Positions 50,965 to 61,862 of a stretch of 64,000 nucleotides of DNA are shown piece by piece (within the stretch, counting starts at the first letter, position 1; every line of letters starts with the position of its first letter). The DNA comes from Coriobacteriia bacterium (lineage in GTDB: Bacteria; Actinomycetota; Coriobacteriia; WRKU01; WQUG01), in the NCBI GenBank assembly GCA_009779855.1, contig WRBC01000001.1, positions 85,348 through 149,347 on the forward strand. The letters run 5' to 3'. The translations under genes and the position numbers were made by a program. A model generated the notes under the pieces. The model had not been told where the DNA came from. It saw nothing but the letters and a program-made list of their open reading frames with translations, and did no database searches.

Positions 50965-52035
50965 GTGACAGCAGCAAAGACGCGACAAATTAGTGTAGGT
51001 GGTGTAAGCGTTGGGGGAGGCGCACCCATTCGTGTGCAGTCTATGCTTAGTACTCCCACAACTGATGTTCCCGCTAGCCTTAAGCAGATTAAGCAGCTAG
51101 TAGATGCGGGATGCGAAATTGTGCGTGCTGCCGTTCCTAGTGCAGATGCCCTAGATGGTTATCAGGCGTTGGTAGAGCAAAGCCCCATTCCTGTAGTTGC
51201 TGACATTCATTTTGATTACCGCCTGGCACTTGAGGCGGTTCGGCGTGGTGCCCCAAAATTGCGTATTAATCCTGGCAATATAGGTGATTGGGACCGCGTG
51301 GATGCCATTATAGACGCAGCGGGCGAAGCGGCTATCCCTATTCGTATTGGCGTGAATGCAGGTTCGTTGGCAAGAGACTTCCAGGCGCGCCAAGACCTGT
51401 CTCTTGCAGAAAAGCTTGTAGGGTCTGCTATGGAATATGTGGGACACTTTAATAAGCGTAATTTCTTTGACGTGGCACTGTCAGTCAAGGCTTCCAGTGT
51501 GCCTGTGACTATCGGTGCTTATCGCAGACTATCAAACCTTACAGACTGTCCTTTACATATCGGAGTAACAGAAGCAGGCACAGCTTTTAGCGGTAGCATC
51601 AAGTCGGCAGTAGGCTGCGGGACATTACTCGCAGATGACATCGGGGACACCTTGCGTGTGTCACTGACTGCAGACCCTACTGAAGAGGTTAAAGTTGCCT
51701 GGGAAATTTTAGCGGCATTAGATATACGTAGGCGAAATCCAGAACTGATTAGCTGCCCTACGTGTGGACGCACGCGGGTAGATTTGATTCCCATCGCGCA
51801 AGAGGTTGAAAAGAGACTTGCAGAACTTACAAAGCTGCAACCAGAAAAGTATAGACATCTGAAAATTGCAGTAATGGGGTGTGAGGTAAACGGTCCTGGT
51901 GAAGCCAGAGAGGCAGATTTCGGAATTGCCTGCGGAATGGGGTCGGGCTTAGTATTTGCTGCTGGACAACCTTTGGCTCAGTATAAGGAAGATAAACTGA
52001 TAGATGCGCTTTTTGACTCTATAGAACGATGTTGA
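50965..52035 (+). CDS. ispG: 4-hydroxy-3-methylbut-2-enyl diphosphate synthase
   Basis: GTG start after AGGAAGGG; GcpE family; Fe-S ligands CPTCGR...C..NGPGE. Confidence 0.95.
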   Translation: MTAAKTRQISVGGVSVGGGAPIRVQSMLSTPTTDVPASLKQIKQLVDAGCEIVRAAVPSADALDGYQALVEQSPIPVVADIHFDYRLALEAVRRGAPKLRINPGNIGDWDRVDAIIDAAGEAAIPIRIGVNAGSLARDFQARQDLSLAEKLVGSAMEYVGHFNKRNFFDVALSVKASSVPVTIGAYRRLSNLTDCPLHIGVTEAGTAFSGSIKSAVGCGTLLADDIGDTLRVSLTADPTEEVKVAWEILAALDIRRRNPELISCPTCGRTRVDLIPIAQEVEKRLAELTKLQPEKYRHLKIAVMGCEVNGPGEAREADFGIACGMGSGLVFAAGQPLAQYKEDKLIDALFDSIERC

Positions 52036-52098
52036 TTTATGCGGAAAGAACGACACTTGAAAAATTACTACCAACGATTATTACAAGCGATTATCATA

Positions 52099-52122
52099 AA
52101 TGATTAATGCAAGCATTAATCA
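52099..52122 (+). promoter_or_regulatory. 24-bp perfect palindrome ATGATTAATGC-AA-GCATTAATCAT immediately upstream of the cysK RBS (candidate operator or leader hairpin)
   Basis: Seen directly; 11-bp arms, 2-bp spacer, ends 2 nt before AAAGGAG; embedded in direct repeats of CGATTAT/ATCATAAA. Confidence 0.5.
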
Positions 52123-52141
52123 TAAAAAGGAGAAATAAGCC

Positions 52142-53071
52142 ATGACAATACATCAAGATATCACTCAACTTATTGGACGTACCCCCTTACTTAGACTGAA
52201 CTCTTACGCGAAAAGGCTAGACTTGCAGGGGAATATCATCGCGAAACTAGAATTCTTTAACCCGACAAGCAGTGTAAAAGATCGTGCAGCGTGGGCGATG
52301 ATCCAGGATGCAGAGGAAAGAGGATTGCTGAACTCTGGCAGTGTGATTATCGAACCTACCAGTGGTAACACAGGAATTGGTCTTGCGGCACTTGCTGCTT
52401 CGCGTGGCTATCGTATTATTTTGACGATGCCAGAAACAATGAGCCTTGAGCGTCGTGCTTTGCTGAAATCGTTTGGTGCAGAGCTTGTACTGACCGAGGG
52501 CGCAAAGGGGATGCCAGGCGCTATTGAAGAGGCAGTTTCATTGGCAGAAGAAATACCCAATAGCTTTATTCCGGGGCAATTTGATAACTCAGCTAACGTA
52601 GAAGCACATTACCATACAACAGGGCCAGAGGTTTGGCATGATTCCGGGGAGCAGGTTGACTACTTTGTTGCAGGGGTCGGCACCGGCGGTACGATATCTG
52701 GTGCAGGAAGTTTTTTGAAAGAACAAAACCCGGATACTTTTATCATTGCTGTAGAACCGGCTGATTCCCCTGTGCTATCGCAGGGCTATAAAGGTCCACA
52801 TGGAATTCAAGGGATAGGCGCAGGCTTTGTTCCCAATATCTTGAACACAGATATTTATGATGAGATTCTAACGGTGGACTTGGAAGATGCTTACCAGACG
52901 GCTCAGAATTTGCAGCGAAGTGAAGGCTTGATTGTTGGCATATCTAGTGGAGCAGCTTTATGGGCGGCTACTCAGATAGCGCAACGTCATGAGGCAGCAG
53001 GAAAGAATATCGTAGTTGTACTGCCCGACACTGGCGAGAGATATCTTTCTACGCCCTTATTCGAAAGCTAA
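52142..53071 (+). CDS. cysK: cysteine synthase A (O-acetylserine sulfhydrylase)
   Basis: PLP-lysine motif [20 protein letters not shown] loop. Confidence 0.93.
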   Translation: MTIHQDITQLIGRTPLLRLNSYAKRLDLQGNIIAKLEFFNPTSSVKDRAAWAMIQDAEERGLLNSGSVIIEPTSGNTGIGLAALAASRGYRIILTMPETMSLERRALLKSFGAELVLTEGAKGMPGAIEEAVSLAEEIPNSFIPGQFDNSANVEAHYHTTGPEVWHDSGEQVDYFVAGVGTGGTISGAGSFLKEQNPDTFIIAVEPADSPVLSQGYKGPHGIQGIGAGFVPNILNTDIYDEILTVDLEDAYQTAQNLQRSEGLIVGISSGAALWAATQIAQRHEAAGKNIVVVLPDTGERYLSTPLFES

Positions 53072-53076
53072 GACTT

Positions 53077-54159
53077 TTGAAGCGAGCTCTCGTAGCGATG
53101 AGTGGGGGAGTAGACTCCTCCATGACTGCGCTGCTCATGCAAAAGGCGGGCTATGAATGCATTGGCGTTCATATGCAGCTTACATCTGAACCGGGTCCAG
53201 ATGCAGCAGGCGCGCGCATTATTGCTGATCGCCTGGGGATACCCTTTCACATTTTTGATTTGTCTGAGCGCTTTCATGATGAGGTCATTCTTTCTTTTGT
53301 AGAAGGCTATGAATCAGGAGAAACCCCTAATCCCTGCATTGCCTGCAATCGTCATCTTAAGTTTGATGCTTTGCTGCAAATCGCTGATCAACTAGATTGT
53401 CAGCACCTGGCAACGGGGCATTACGCTCAAATCGAGCACGACGCTCTTTTAGGTAGGTGGGTCGTTCGTACAGCCGTTGATACGGGAAAAGATCAAAGCT
53501 ACGTACTTTACACTTTGACGCAGAAGCAACTTGCGCGCGTTATTTTGCCTCTGGGTAGCTATTGTAAGTCTGACGTTCGTAAAATGGCTGCTGAAGCAGG
53601 CTTCCCTAATGCCGGCAAGACTGACAGTCAAGATATATGCTTTGTTCCTAATGGTGACTATGCTGGTTATATCGAGACTTACCGGGGTGAACCTTGTCAG
53701 TCAGGCGATATGCTTGATGGTGAAGGTAGGGTAGTAGGCAGACATAAGGGTCTGATTCACTACACAATAGGACAGCGCAAGGGTTTAGGTGCACATGGTA
53801 GGCCCGTATTTGTTCAGGCTATTAACGCAGAGGACAATACGCTAACGATAGGTGATGATGAGGGCGATCTACTTGCGCAGAACTTCTTGGTTCGTGACTA
53901 TAATGGGGTCGCACTTTCAAAGGAGGAGCTAAGCTCTGCTCATCCCATATCTTGCAGCATAAAGGTTGGTTATAAGCATAGTCAGAAACCTGGCACAATC
54001 GAGGTAGTATCCCTTGATAATGTTCAGTATGTTCGTGTTACTTACGACCAGCCTCAGCGAGCCATTACACCAGGTCAATCAGCAGTGTTTTATAACGGTA
54101 ATCATGATAAGGATGGAGACAAGGTACTGGGCGGAGGCATTATCACATGCCTGGAATAG
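53077..54159 (+). CDS. mnmA: tRNA-specific 2-thiouridylase
   Basis: TTG start; PP-loop AMSGGVDSS, CNRHLKFDALL, catalytic Cys region. Confidence 0.93.
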   Translation: MKRALVAMSGGVDSSMTALLMQKAGYECIGVHMQLTSEPGPDAAGARIIADRLGIPFHIFDLSERFHDEVILSFVEGYESGETPNPCIACNRHLKFDALLQIADQLDCQHLATGHYAQIEHDALLGRWVVRTAVDTGKDQSYVLYTLTQKQLARVILPLGSYCKSDVRKMAAEAGFPNAGKTDSQDICFVPNGDYAGYIETYRGEPCQSGDMLDGEGRVVGRHKGLIHYTIGQRKGLGAHGRPVFVQAINAEDNTLTIGDDEGDLLAQNFLVRDYNGVALSKEELSSAHPISCSIKVGYKHSQKPGTIEVVSLDNVQYVRVTYDQPQRAITPGQSAVFYNGNHDKDGDKVLGGGIITCLE

Positions 54160-54962
54160 GAATCCTTGTTAACATATCCGCCATTATTGTTGGTTCGCTT
54201 ATTGGGCTTGCTGTTGGTCGTCTTATCAAAGAGCGTGTCCGTGCAGGTATCATCCAAGTGCAGGGACTTGCTGTCATTGGTATCATGGGTTCAATCTCTG
54301 CCCTGACCGAATTATCGCACTATCCAGGTATTCTAGGTCGCTTCTTCTTAGTGGTCTTCTGTCTTTGTCTAATCATAGGAACTTTGATTGGCGAGGCGCT
54401 TGCGCTGGAAACGCGACTTAAAGCTATGGGGAAGGCTCTGCAGAAGCGTGTTCAGAGAGGGCAAAATCGAAAACTTGCCGACTATGATCAAGGAAGCGAA
54501 TCTCTTGATGCCAGCGTGCATAATGTTAAGACAAATAGTCGAAAAGAGGATCGCAAGTTTGTGCAGGGGTTTATTACTGCATCACTTGTGTATTGCGTAG
54601 GTGCTATGGCGATACTAGGATCCATTCAGGACGGACTAGGTAATCCTGACACGTTATTTGTAAAGGCATTACTGGACGGTACAATATCAATCTTTTTTGC
54701 GTCCACGCTAGGCATTGGAGTGCTTTTTTCGATTATTCCACTCTTTATTCTTCAGGGCTCTATTGCATCTATTACCTTTGTTGTTGGGGACGTAATCCCC
54801 CTGATTGCTATTACGGGTATTGAAGCCGTGGGCGGTATACTTATTGCAGGTATTGGCCTCAACTTGGCAACAGGGTTAAAATTGCGTATTGGCAATATGT
54901 TACCTTCGGTTTTTGTAGCGCTGGCTGTTGTATGGATCATGGCAGAGGTGTTGCCTTTTTAA
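54147..54962 (+). CDS. DUF554-family membrane protein (YqgA-like putative transporter)
   Basis: N-terminus IGILVNISAIIVGSLIGLAVG and overall topology typical of DUF554; overlaps mnmA end. Confidence 0.65.
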   Translation: MPGIGILVNISAIIVGSLIGLAVGRLIKERVRAGIIQVQGLAVIGIMGSISALTELSHYPGILGRFFLVVFCLCLIIGTLIGEALALETRLKAMGKALQKRVQRGQNRKLADYDQGSESLDASVHNVKTNSRKEDRKFVQGFITASLVYCVGAMAILGSIQDGLGNPDTLFVKALLDGTISIFFASTLGIGVLFSIIPLFILQGSIASITFVVGDVIPLIAITGIEAVGGILIAGIGLNLATGLKLRIGNMLPSVFVALAVVWIMAEVLPF

Positions 54963-54974
54963 GGGGGTGTTTCC

Positions 54975-57713
54975 ATGCGGGCATTGTTTCGGTCAATCTT
55001 TGAGCGTAGACCGTTAGTAGATAGTGCAAATGTTGGCATGGATAGCAACGACAAGGTACGAGCACGTCTTATGGCGGCTGCTCTCTCGACGCAGGATAAT
55101 CTTTTCGTTCAATATAATCCAGCAGCCTATGAGGGTCACAGCGAGGAGTCTGCCGAGCTTTCTCGTGAACGTTACGGCGAGAACAGTATCGCGCACTCTG
55201 AGAGGTTTTCTACGCTGAAACAACTGGTAGGTGCCTTTGTTAATCCCTTTACCGTAGTGCTTTTTGCCCTTGCAGTTGTTTCATTTTTTACAGATTTTCT
55301 TTTTGTAAGTGAGGGAAATAGAGACCTAACCGCCGTTATCATTATCTTGACGATGGTCACCATTAGTGGAGCTCTGCGCTTTGTGCAAGAGTCACGTAGT
55401 GGTAAAGCCGCAGAGGCTCTGGCAGAGATGGTAGAGACCAATGTTGACTGCATTAGAGATTCACAGGCAGTTGAAATCCCTGTTGATGAGGTTGTTGTGG
55501 GCGACATTGTGAAGCTTGCGGCAGGCGACATCATACCGGGGGACATGCGCATTCTTGATGCGAGGGACCTCTTTATCAGCGAATCGTCTTTAACAGGCGA
55601 ATCTGAGCCTGTTGAAAAATTTAGTGATCCTTACGCGGGAAACAGTGGTAACCCCCTTGATAGTGACAATTTGGCCTTTATGGGATCGAGTGTTATATCG
55701 GGCTCAGCCTATGCCATTGTTCTTACCGTTGGCAAGGAAACGTACTTTGGACAGATCGCTACTGCTGTTGCAGGAAAGGAAAGTCAAACATCTTTTGAAA
55801 AGGGTGTAAACTCTGTTTCCTGGGTGTTGATTCGTTTCATGCTTATTATGGTTCCCATTGTTCTAGTATTGACAGGTTTCACGAAAGGGGACTGGACTAA
55901 CGCAATCCTCTTTGCCCTTGCAGTTGCTGTGGGTTTAACGCCGGAAATGCTGCCCATGATTGTTTCTGCAAACCTATCAAAGGGTGCAGTTGCTATGTCA
56001 AAAAAGCGCGTCATTGTAAAGAACCTGAACTCAATTCAGAATTTTGGCAGCATGAATATTCTTTGTACTGACAAGACAGGCACTTTGACCGAGGATCGCA
56101 TTGTCTTAGAGTATTCGCTCAATATAGCAGGGGAAGAAGATCAGCGTGTTTTAAAGCATGGTTTTCTTAATAGTTATTTTCAGACAGGTTTTCGAAATCT
56201 GCTTGACCGTGCCATCATAAAGCATGGTGATGGGCATAATCTTGCTGGCCTGCGTGAGCGATATCGCAAAGTTGACGAGATCCCCTTTGACTTTACGCGG
56301 CGTCGTATGAGTGTTGTTGTGGAAGACAGTGCTGGTAAGCGTCAGATGATTACCAAGGGCGCGATTGAAGAGATGCTGCTTGTGTCAAAGTACGTTGAGC
56401 ACAAGGGAAGTGTTGAACTGCTTACTGATGAACTTGCGCAAACAATATTGGCTACAGCTAATCGGTATAACGCAGACGGTATGCGCGTATTGGGCATCTC
56501 TCAGCGTAGTCATAATCTGCCAGAAATCGGAGAATTTGGTGTTGCAACTGAATCCGACATGGTACTGATGGGATACCTTGCTTTTCTTGATCCGCCTAAA
56601 GAGAGCGCAAGAGCTGCTATCGAGGTGCTGCACAATTATGGTGTAGGGGTAAAGGTCTTGACGGGGGACAATGACGCGGTAACGCGCAAAGTTTGTCGTG
56701 ACGTAGGTGTTAGAGTTGACAAAGCGGGTGGCGCATCAGGCATGTTACTAGGCTCCGATATTGAGGACATGACTGATGAGCAGCTTGATGCCGCTGTTGT
56801 AAGCGTTGATGTTTTTGCGAAGCTTTCGCCACAGCAAAAAGTGCGCATTGTTCAGTCTTTACGGCGCAACGGCAACACTGTTGGCTTCCTAGGTGATGGG
56901 ATTAATGATGCCTCTGCTATGAAAGAGTCCGATGTAGGAATCTCTGTCGATACTGCTGTTGATATTGCAAAAGAGAGCGCCAACATTATCTTGCTTGAAA
57001 AAGACTTGATGGTTTTAGAAAAGGGTGTCAAAGAAGGCCGTAAGGTATATGGCAATACTATTAAGTATATTAAGATGACGGTAAGTTCAAATTTTGGCAA
57101 TATGTTCAGTGTGCTTGCGGCAGCTGCCTTCTTGCCCTTCTTGCCCATGCTGCCACTCCAGATTCTTGTACTTAATCTAATCTACGATATTTCATGCACG
57201 GCAATGCCCTGGGATAATGTTGACGAAGAATTTTTAAGGAAGCCGCGCGGATGGGATGCAAGCTCTGTGCAGCGCTTTATGATATGGCTAGGTCCGACAA
57301 GTTCTGTTTTTGACATCGCAACCTTTCTTGTGATGTTTTTTGTTATTGGACCTGCTGTTTTTGGTGGCGCTTTCTTTTCCCTAGATCCAGCTGCACAAAT
57401 AGGATTTATTGCCTTATTTCATGCGGCATGGTTTGTTGTGTCATTGTGGACACAGACTCTTGTCATTCATGCTTTGCGTACACCAAAGGTGCCCTTTATT
57501 CAGTCACGTGCTTCGTGGCCGGTTATTGCTATGACAACACTCGGTCTTATTATTGGTACGATTCTGCCCTTTACGGCACTAGGGCAGAGTATTGGGTTTG
57601 CACCATTACCTGTAAGTTTTTTCGTCTTCCTTGCAGTTGCTTGCCTGCTGTATTTCCTTCTTGTGACGGTAGTCAAAAAAGCTTTTGAACGCAAGTACGG
57701 TGAGCTTCTTTAG
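54975..57713 (+). CDS. mgtA: magnesium-importing P-type ATPase
   Basis: P-type motifs [28 protein letters not shown]; 10 TM; MgtA-type N-terminal extension; RBS AAGGGGG. Confidence 0.9.
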   Translation: MRALFRSIFERRPLVDSANVGMDSNDKVRARLMAAALSTQDNLFVQYNPAAYEGHSEESAELSRERYGENSIAHSERFSTLKQLVGAFVNPFTVVLFALAVVSFFTDFLFVSEGNRDLTAVIIILTMVTISGALRFVQESRSGKAAEALAEMVETNVDCIRDSQAVEIPVDEVVVGDIVKLAAGDIIPGDMRILDARDLFISESSLTGESEPVEKFSDPYAGNSGNPLDSDNLAFMGSSVISGSAYAIVLTVGKETYFGQIATAVAGKESQTSFEKGVNSVSWVLIRFMLIMVPIVLVLTGFTKGDWTNAILFALAVAVGLTPEMLPMIVSANLSKGAVAMSKKRVIVKNLNSIQNFGSMNILCTDKTGTLTEDRIVLEYSLNIAGEEDQRVLKHGFLNSYFQTGFRNLLDRAIIKHGDGHNLAGLRERYRKVDEIPFDFTRRRMSVVVEDSAGKRQMITKGAIEEMLLVSKYVEHKGSVELLTDELAQTILATANRYNADGMRVLGISQRSHNLPEIGEFGVATESDMVLMGYLAFLDPPKESARAAIEVLHNYGVGVKVLTGDNDAVTRKVCRDVGVRVDKAGGASGMLLGSDIEDMTDEQLDAAVVSVDVFAKLSPQQKVRIVQSLRRNGNTVGFLGDGINDASAMKESDVGISVDTAVDIAKESANIILLEKDLMVLEKGVKEGRKVYGNTIKYIKMTVSSNFGNMFSVLAAAAFLPFLPMLPLQILVLNLIYDISCTAMPWDNVDEEFLRKPRGWDASSVQRFMIWLGPTSSVFDIATFLVMFFVIGPAVFGGAFFSLDPAAQIGFIALFHAAWFVVSLWTQTLVIHALRTPKVPFIQSRASWPVIAMTTLGLIIGTILPFTALGQSIGFAPLPVSFFVFLAVACLLYFLLVTVVKKAFERKYGELL

Positions 57714-57900
57714 TGACCTTTGCTAAGCTTAGAAGCTTCGTTCTTTAGGTATCAATCTCTTGAAGTGTCAGGCTAGAAATAATACAATAAAACAAGCAAT
57801 TAACTCTTGAGTTATTGCATGAGGCTGGTCGTTCAAAGTAGAGCGACTCATATTAATTCCAAATACAAAATATGTGCGGAGAAGGGCATGATGAATAACC

Positions 57901-59609
57901 ATGGCTTTAAGACGCTCTGCAACATTTTTGACAGTTCTTGTTTTCTTGATAGCTTCGCTTTTGACAGCAGCACTTCCCGGTGAGGGAAGTGAAGTAACGT
58001 CTAATGATAACGTCGATATCTGGTATGACATTCCTCAGAATATAGTCACTTTGTCACCTACCCCGGCGGGTACGGCATATTCACGGCTGCTTGCCGCAAT
58101 ACAGGCAGCGCCTGCTAACCAGGTGACACATATCATGATTCCCTTTCATATCAATACGGGCGATTTTGGCACCAATGCAACCGTGGTCGGCACACGTCCA
58201 GGTGCAACTGTTGTCTTGGTCGGAAGTCATCCTTCTGCCCCAGGGGGACAATCGGTTATTAGTGATACGCATAGTGGTTCGGTACTTTCTCGCACCTTTC
58301 GTCTGCGGGGAAACGGTACGAAACAGAGTGCCCTTGTACTGCGTAATATTGTCTTGCAGAAATCGAGAGGCGCTGCAGCGTCTACTCCTGCAATACCACC
58401 AGCCCCTCTTGAGCTTGACCAGCAGACAGGTACTGCAAGAGGTGGCGGCGTTGCTATCGAGAACGGTAATGTCTCTGGCGTTACTTCTGGAGGAGGGGGT
58501 CACCTAATCCTTTGTGATGGCGCAATAATTAGAAATACAACAACTAACAATAACGGTCCTGTCGATATATAAACTAATGGTAGGCTTACCATGATGCCTG
58601 GGTCACTTATGCATACCAATGCTGCAGGCAATTCGGATGGTGCTGTGAGTGTTGGCACCAACGCAAACTTCACCTTGTACGGAGGACACATTCAAGACAA
58701 TACGGCCACAAATGAAGGCAGCATTATCAATTCAGGTAGTGCCGTCAATGGCCTCAACGCAGCAAACGGCGGAGGCGTGTACCTAACAGGACCAAGCACA
58801 CGGTTCATTATGCGGGGCGGAGCCATCAATGATAATCATGCAGTGGGAACTGTAGCCGCTCCTGTGGTGATATCAGGTAATGGCGGAGGAATACACGTCC
58901 ATGATGCTCAGGTCTTCCTAGATGGCGGGGAGGTAACAGGCAATACTGCCGATGATGGAGGGGGCTTTTTGTGCCTCATCCAAACCTGAGCAATGTCACT
59001 ATTGATCCCTCCGTAAGTTTTGCTAAGAACACTGCACATAACGGAATAAGAATTGATAATGCGCTAGCCGCAGTACAACGATCCCGCATAAATCCTGGAA
59101 AGGTAAGCCTCTTTTGGACAGAGGAAGTTCCTGCCGGCACAGGTATTTTTGTTCCTGCTGTTCTTCACGCCTTTACCAATTATGATATTAATTCTGATGG
59201 CAGCGATCCTTTTGTCCAGAACGCGCCAACTGTTACTTTGTTGATTTCAAACACCGTAACGGGAGAGATGGGTGAAATGAATAGAGAATTTCACTTTACT
59301 GTCTACTTTTATGACGAAGAGGGTAATCCTCTTCCCGCAGGTAGACAATTCCCTTACAGTGGCAGTGCTCAAGTAGCTGCAGAAATAATAACATCCCCAG
59401 ATGGGCTTCTGACATTGGATGAACGTGGTAGTGCGTCCTTTACCTTGATACATGGACAAACTATAGGGATTACGTCGGTTCCTTCGACAGGAAGTATTCA
59501 AGTTGTCGAGGCTACGGAATTAGAATATCGAGTTTCCTTCACTCATGGTAAGCACAGTGAGGACATACTAGGAAGCGATACTGTTATCTCATATAAAGTT
59601 AAGCAGTGA
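57901..59609 (+). pseudogene. disrupted secreted beta-helix (Pmp/pectate-lyase-like repeat) surface protein with C-terminal CnaB-like domain; one in-frame TAA (58570-58572) and one frameshift in a G5CT5 tract (58960-58970)
   Basis: ORFs 57901..58572 and 58591..58989 are in the same frame separated only by TAA; ORF 58971..59609 is fused by a +1 nt slip in GGGGG (58960-58964) giving ...DDGGGLFVPHPNLSNVTIDP...; signal peptide at N-terminus; GGxG beta-helix repeats continue across both lesions. Confidence 0.55.
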
Positions 59610-59645
59610 GCGTACAAATTGTTCTAGCGGTATACTAGATAGGTT

Positions 59646-60488
59646 ATGAACAATGATGCAGCTATTGGTATATTTGATTCTGGTCTGGGGGGACTAACGG
59701 TCGCGAAAGAGATTGCGCGCCTTATGCCTCATGAGTCACTTGTATATGTGGGAGACCAGGCTCGCTGTCCCTATGGATCACGCGAGCCATCAGAAATACA
59801 AGAATTCGTTTCGCAAATAACGAACTTTTTAGCGGGGCAACGGGTGAAGGCTATTGTTATCGCCTGCAATACTGCTACTTCTTGTGGACTTGAACTTGCG
59901 CAAAGCCTTGTCGATATTCCTGTCATTGGAGTCATTGAGTCTGGCGTCAGTGCTGCATTAGAGGCTACGCACAATGACTGTGTGGCAGTTATTGGTACAC
60001 AGCATACGATTGATTCGGGAGCCTACTTAAGGACAATTCGCCAACAAAATAGCGATATTAAGGTCGTTGGTAGGGCTACTCCTGAATTTGCCACCATTGT
60101 TGAATCAGGCCTCGAGGATAAAATGCTGCAAAGCGTGCAAAATCAAGGGGAGTATTACCAACTTATTGAAGGGTATGTACGTCCTCTTCTTGAGCACAGT
60201 CCGGACACGCTACTTTTAGGCTGTACCCATTATCCTATTCTGGCAGAGGCACTACGAATCGTTGTCGGTCCAGAAGTTACTATCGTATCTTCTGCGGCAA
60301 AGGTAGCAGAAGAATTAAAGTATGTCTTAAGAGATTATTCCCAGTTAGCAGGGACAGAGGCTAAAGCATCGCACACTTTTTACACCACCGGTGGTAAGTT
60401 AGAGAACTTTACCCAGAGTGGCTTTCGTATTTTTGGTGCGGAATTAGATAGAGTACATCATTTAGATCTTGAGGAGTTAACACTATGA
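59646..60488 (+). CDS. murI: glutamate racemase
   Basis: IGIFDSGLGGLTV, two catalytic Cys regions (IACNTAT, GCTHYP). Confidence 0.95.
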   Translation: MNNDAAIGIFDSGLGGLTVAKEIARLMPHESLVYVGDQARCPYGSREPSEIQEFVSQITNFLAGQRVKAIVIACNTATSCGLELAQSLVDIPVIGVIESGVSAALEATHNDCVAVIGTQHTIDSGAYLRTIRQQNSDIKVVGRATPEFATIVESGLEDKMLQSVQNQGEYYQLIEGYVRPLLEHSPDTLLLGCTHYPILAEALRIVVGPEVTIVSSAAKVAEELKYVLRDYSQLAGTEAKASHTFYTTGGKLENFTQSGFRIFGAELDRVHHLDLEELTL

Positions 60489-61201
60489 TTAAAAGAGCCA
60501 ACAATAGGGAAGCGTCTGACATTAGGCCGATTGAGGTCCAGCGTGGTTTCCTTAATCATGCCGCAGGATCTTGCATGATTACGGCAGGGGGGACTCAGGT
60601 TCTCTGCGCTGCCAGTATCGAAGAGAATGTTCCAGGCTGGCTGGTAGGTAAGGGCAAGGGTTGGGTAACAGCGGAATACTCTTTGCTGCCAGCAGCGACT
60701 CATAGTAGAAACCGTCGTGAACGTAGGGGCGCAAAAGGACGTACTTTAGAAATTGAGCGACTTATAGGTCGATCACTGCGTACAGTAGTAGATTTGGATA
60801 CGTTGGGAGAGATCACCGTAACCCTAGATTGCGATGTAATTCAAGCAGATGGTTCAACGCGCTGCACGGCCATTACAGGTGCGTATGTGGCACTGGCAGA
60901 TGCCTTAAGTCAATGGCGTGAAGCGGGCAAGCTGAAAAGTAACCCCCTTATGGGGCAGGTGGCTGCAGTAAGTGTTGGCATGGTTGATGGAGTTGTACTG
61001 TCAGACCTAGATTATAGTGAAGATGCTCGCGCAGAGGTTGATATGAACGTGGTAGGCGACGACAAAGAGCGTTTTATAGAGATTCAAGGAACAGGTGAGC
61101 AATTGGCTTTTACTCGCCATCAGTTAAACGGACTGCTTAACGTAGCCCAGGCAAGCCTAGAAGAACTTCTATCTATCCAGCGCGAAGTGCTTAAGGGATA
61201 G
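60485..61201 (+). CDS. rph: ribonuclease PH
   Basis: RPIEVQRGFLNHAAGSCMITAGGTQVLCAAS; 238 aa; overlaps murI stop. Confidence 0.95.
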   Translation: MIKRANNREASDIRPIEVQRGFLNHAAGSCMITAGGTQVLCAASIEENVPGWLVGKGKGWVTAEYSLLPAATHSRNRRERRGAKGRTLEIERLIGRSLRTVVDLDTLGEITVTLDCDVIQADGSTRCTAITGAYVALADALSQWREAGKLKSNPLMGQVAAVSVGMVDGVVLSDLDYSEDARAEVDMNVVGDDKERFIEIQGTGEQLAFTRHQLNGLLNVAQASLEELLSIQREVLKG

Positions 61202-61203
61202 TT

Positions 61204-61839
61204 ATGCCTTTCATGACCCCCACTATAGTAGTAGCCACGGGCAATAAGGGTAAGTTGGCAGAGATCCAGTCTGTAGCGCAAAGCGCTGGCCTTGACTATA
61301 CCTTTCGTGCCATTTTCGACTTGTTGCCAGACTGGGAACCTCCTTTAGAGGACGGTGATACCTTCGAGGTAAATGCAGGCATCAAGGCCCGTGCTGGGTA
61401 TACTGCATTGGGGTTGCCGACACTTGCAGATGACTCAGGTTTAGTGGTAGATGCTTTAGATGGCAGACCAGGAGTATATTCCTCTTCTTTTGGGGGAGTA
61501 GAGGGCGATGACGTGCGCAATAATACAAAGTTGCTAGAGGAGCTTTCGAAAATTGAGGATTTCTCTGCTCGTGGTGCCCGCTTTCTTTCAACTCTGGTAT
61601 TGGTGGGTTTAGATAGCCTGCTTCCACATGCGCCAAACTACCTGGTTGCAGCAGGTTCCTGCGAGGGCACAATTGCCTACCATGCAGCAGGGGATAAAGG
61701 CTTTGGTTACGACCCTCTGTTTATGCCAGCGGCCACTTTGGGACGCACTATGGCGCAGTTAGATATGCAGGAAAAGAATGCGATAAGTCACAGAGGTCAC
61801 GCTCTGGAAGATTTGATGACTCAACTAGGTAAACTCTAA
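61204..61839 (+). CDS. rdgB: dITP/XTP pyrophosphatase (RdgB/Ham1 family)
   Basis: VVATGNKGKLAEI, GFGYDPLF, KN.ISHRG motifs. Confidence 0.93.
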   Translation: MPFMTPTIVVATGNKGKLAEIQSVAQSAGLDYTFRAIFDLLPDWEPPLEDGDTFEVNAGIKARAGYTALGLPTLADDSGLVVDALDGRPGVYSSSFGGVEGDDVRNNTKLLEELSKIEDFSARGARFLSTLVLVGLDSLLPHAPNYLVAAGSCEGTIAYHAAGDKGFGYDPLFMPAATLGRTMAQLDMQEKNAISHRGHALEDLMTQLGKL

Positions 61840-61862
61840 CGAAATGACAGATTAGCCCTAGG

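Noticed and set aside
54963-54974. Possible Mg2+ riboswitch or leader peptide upstream of mgtA
   Set aside because: Only a 12-nt gap containing the RBS; no space for a structured leader
57901-59609. Treating the three ORFs as three independent small secreted proteins
   Set aside because: ORFs 2 and 3 lack signal peptides and RBS. Repeat structure is continuous across the stop and the frameshift; a single disrupted gene explains it better
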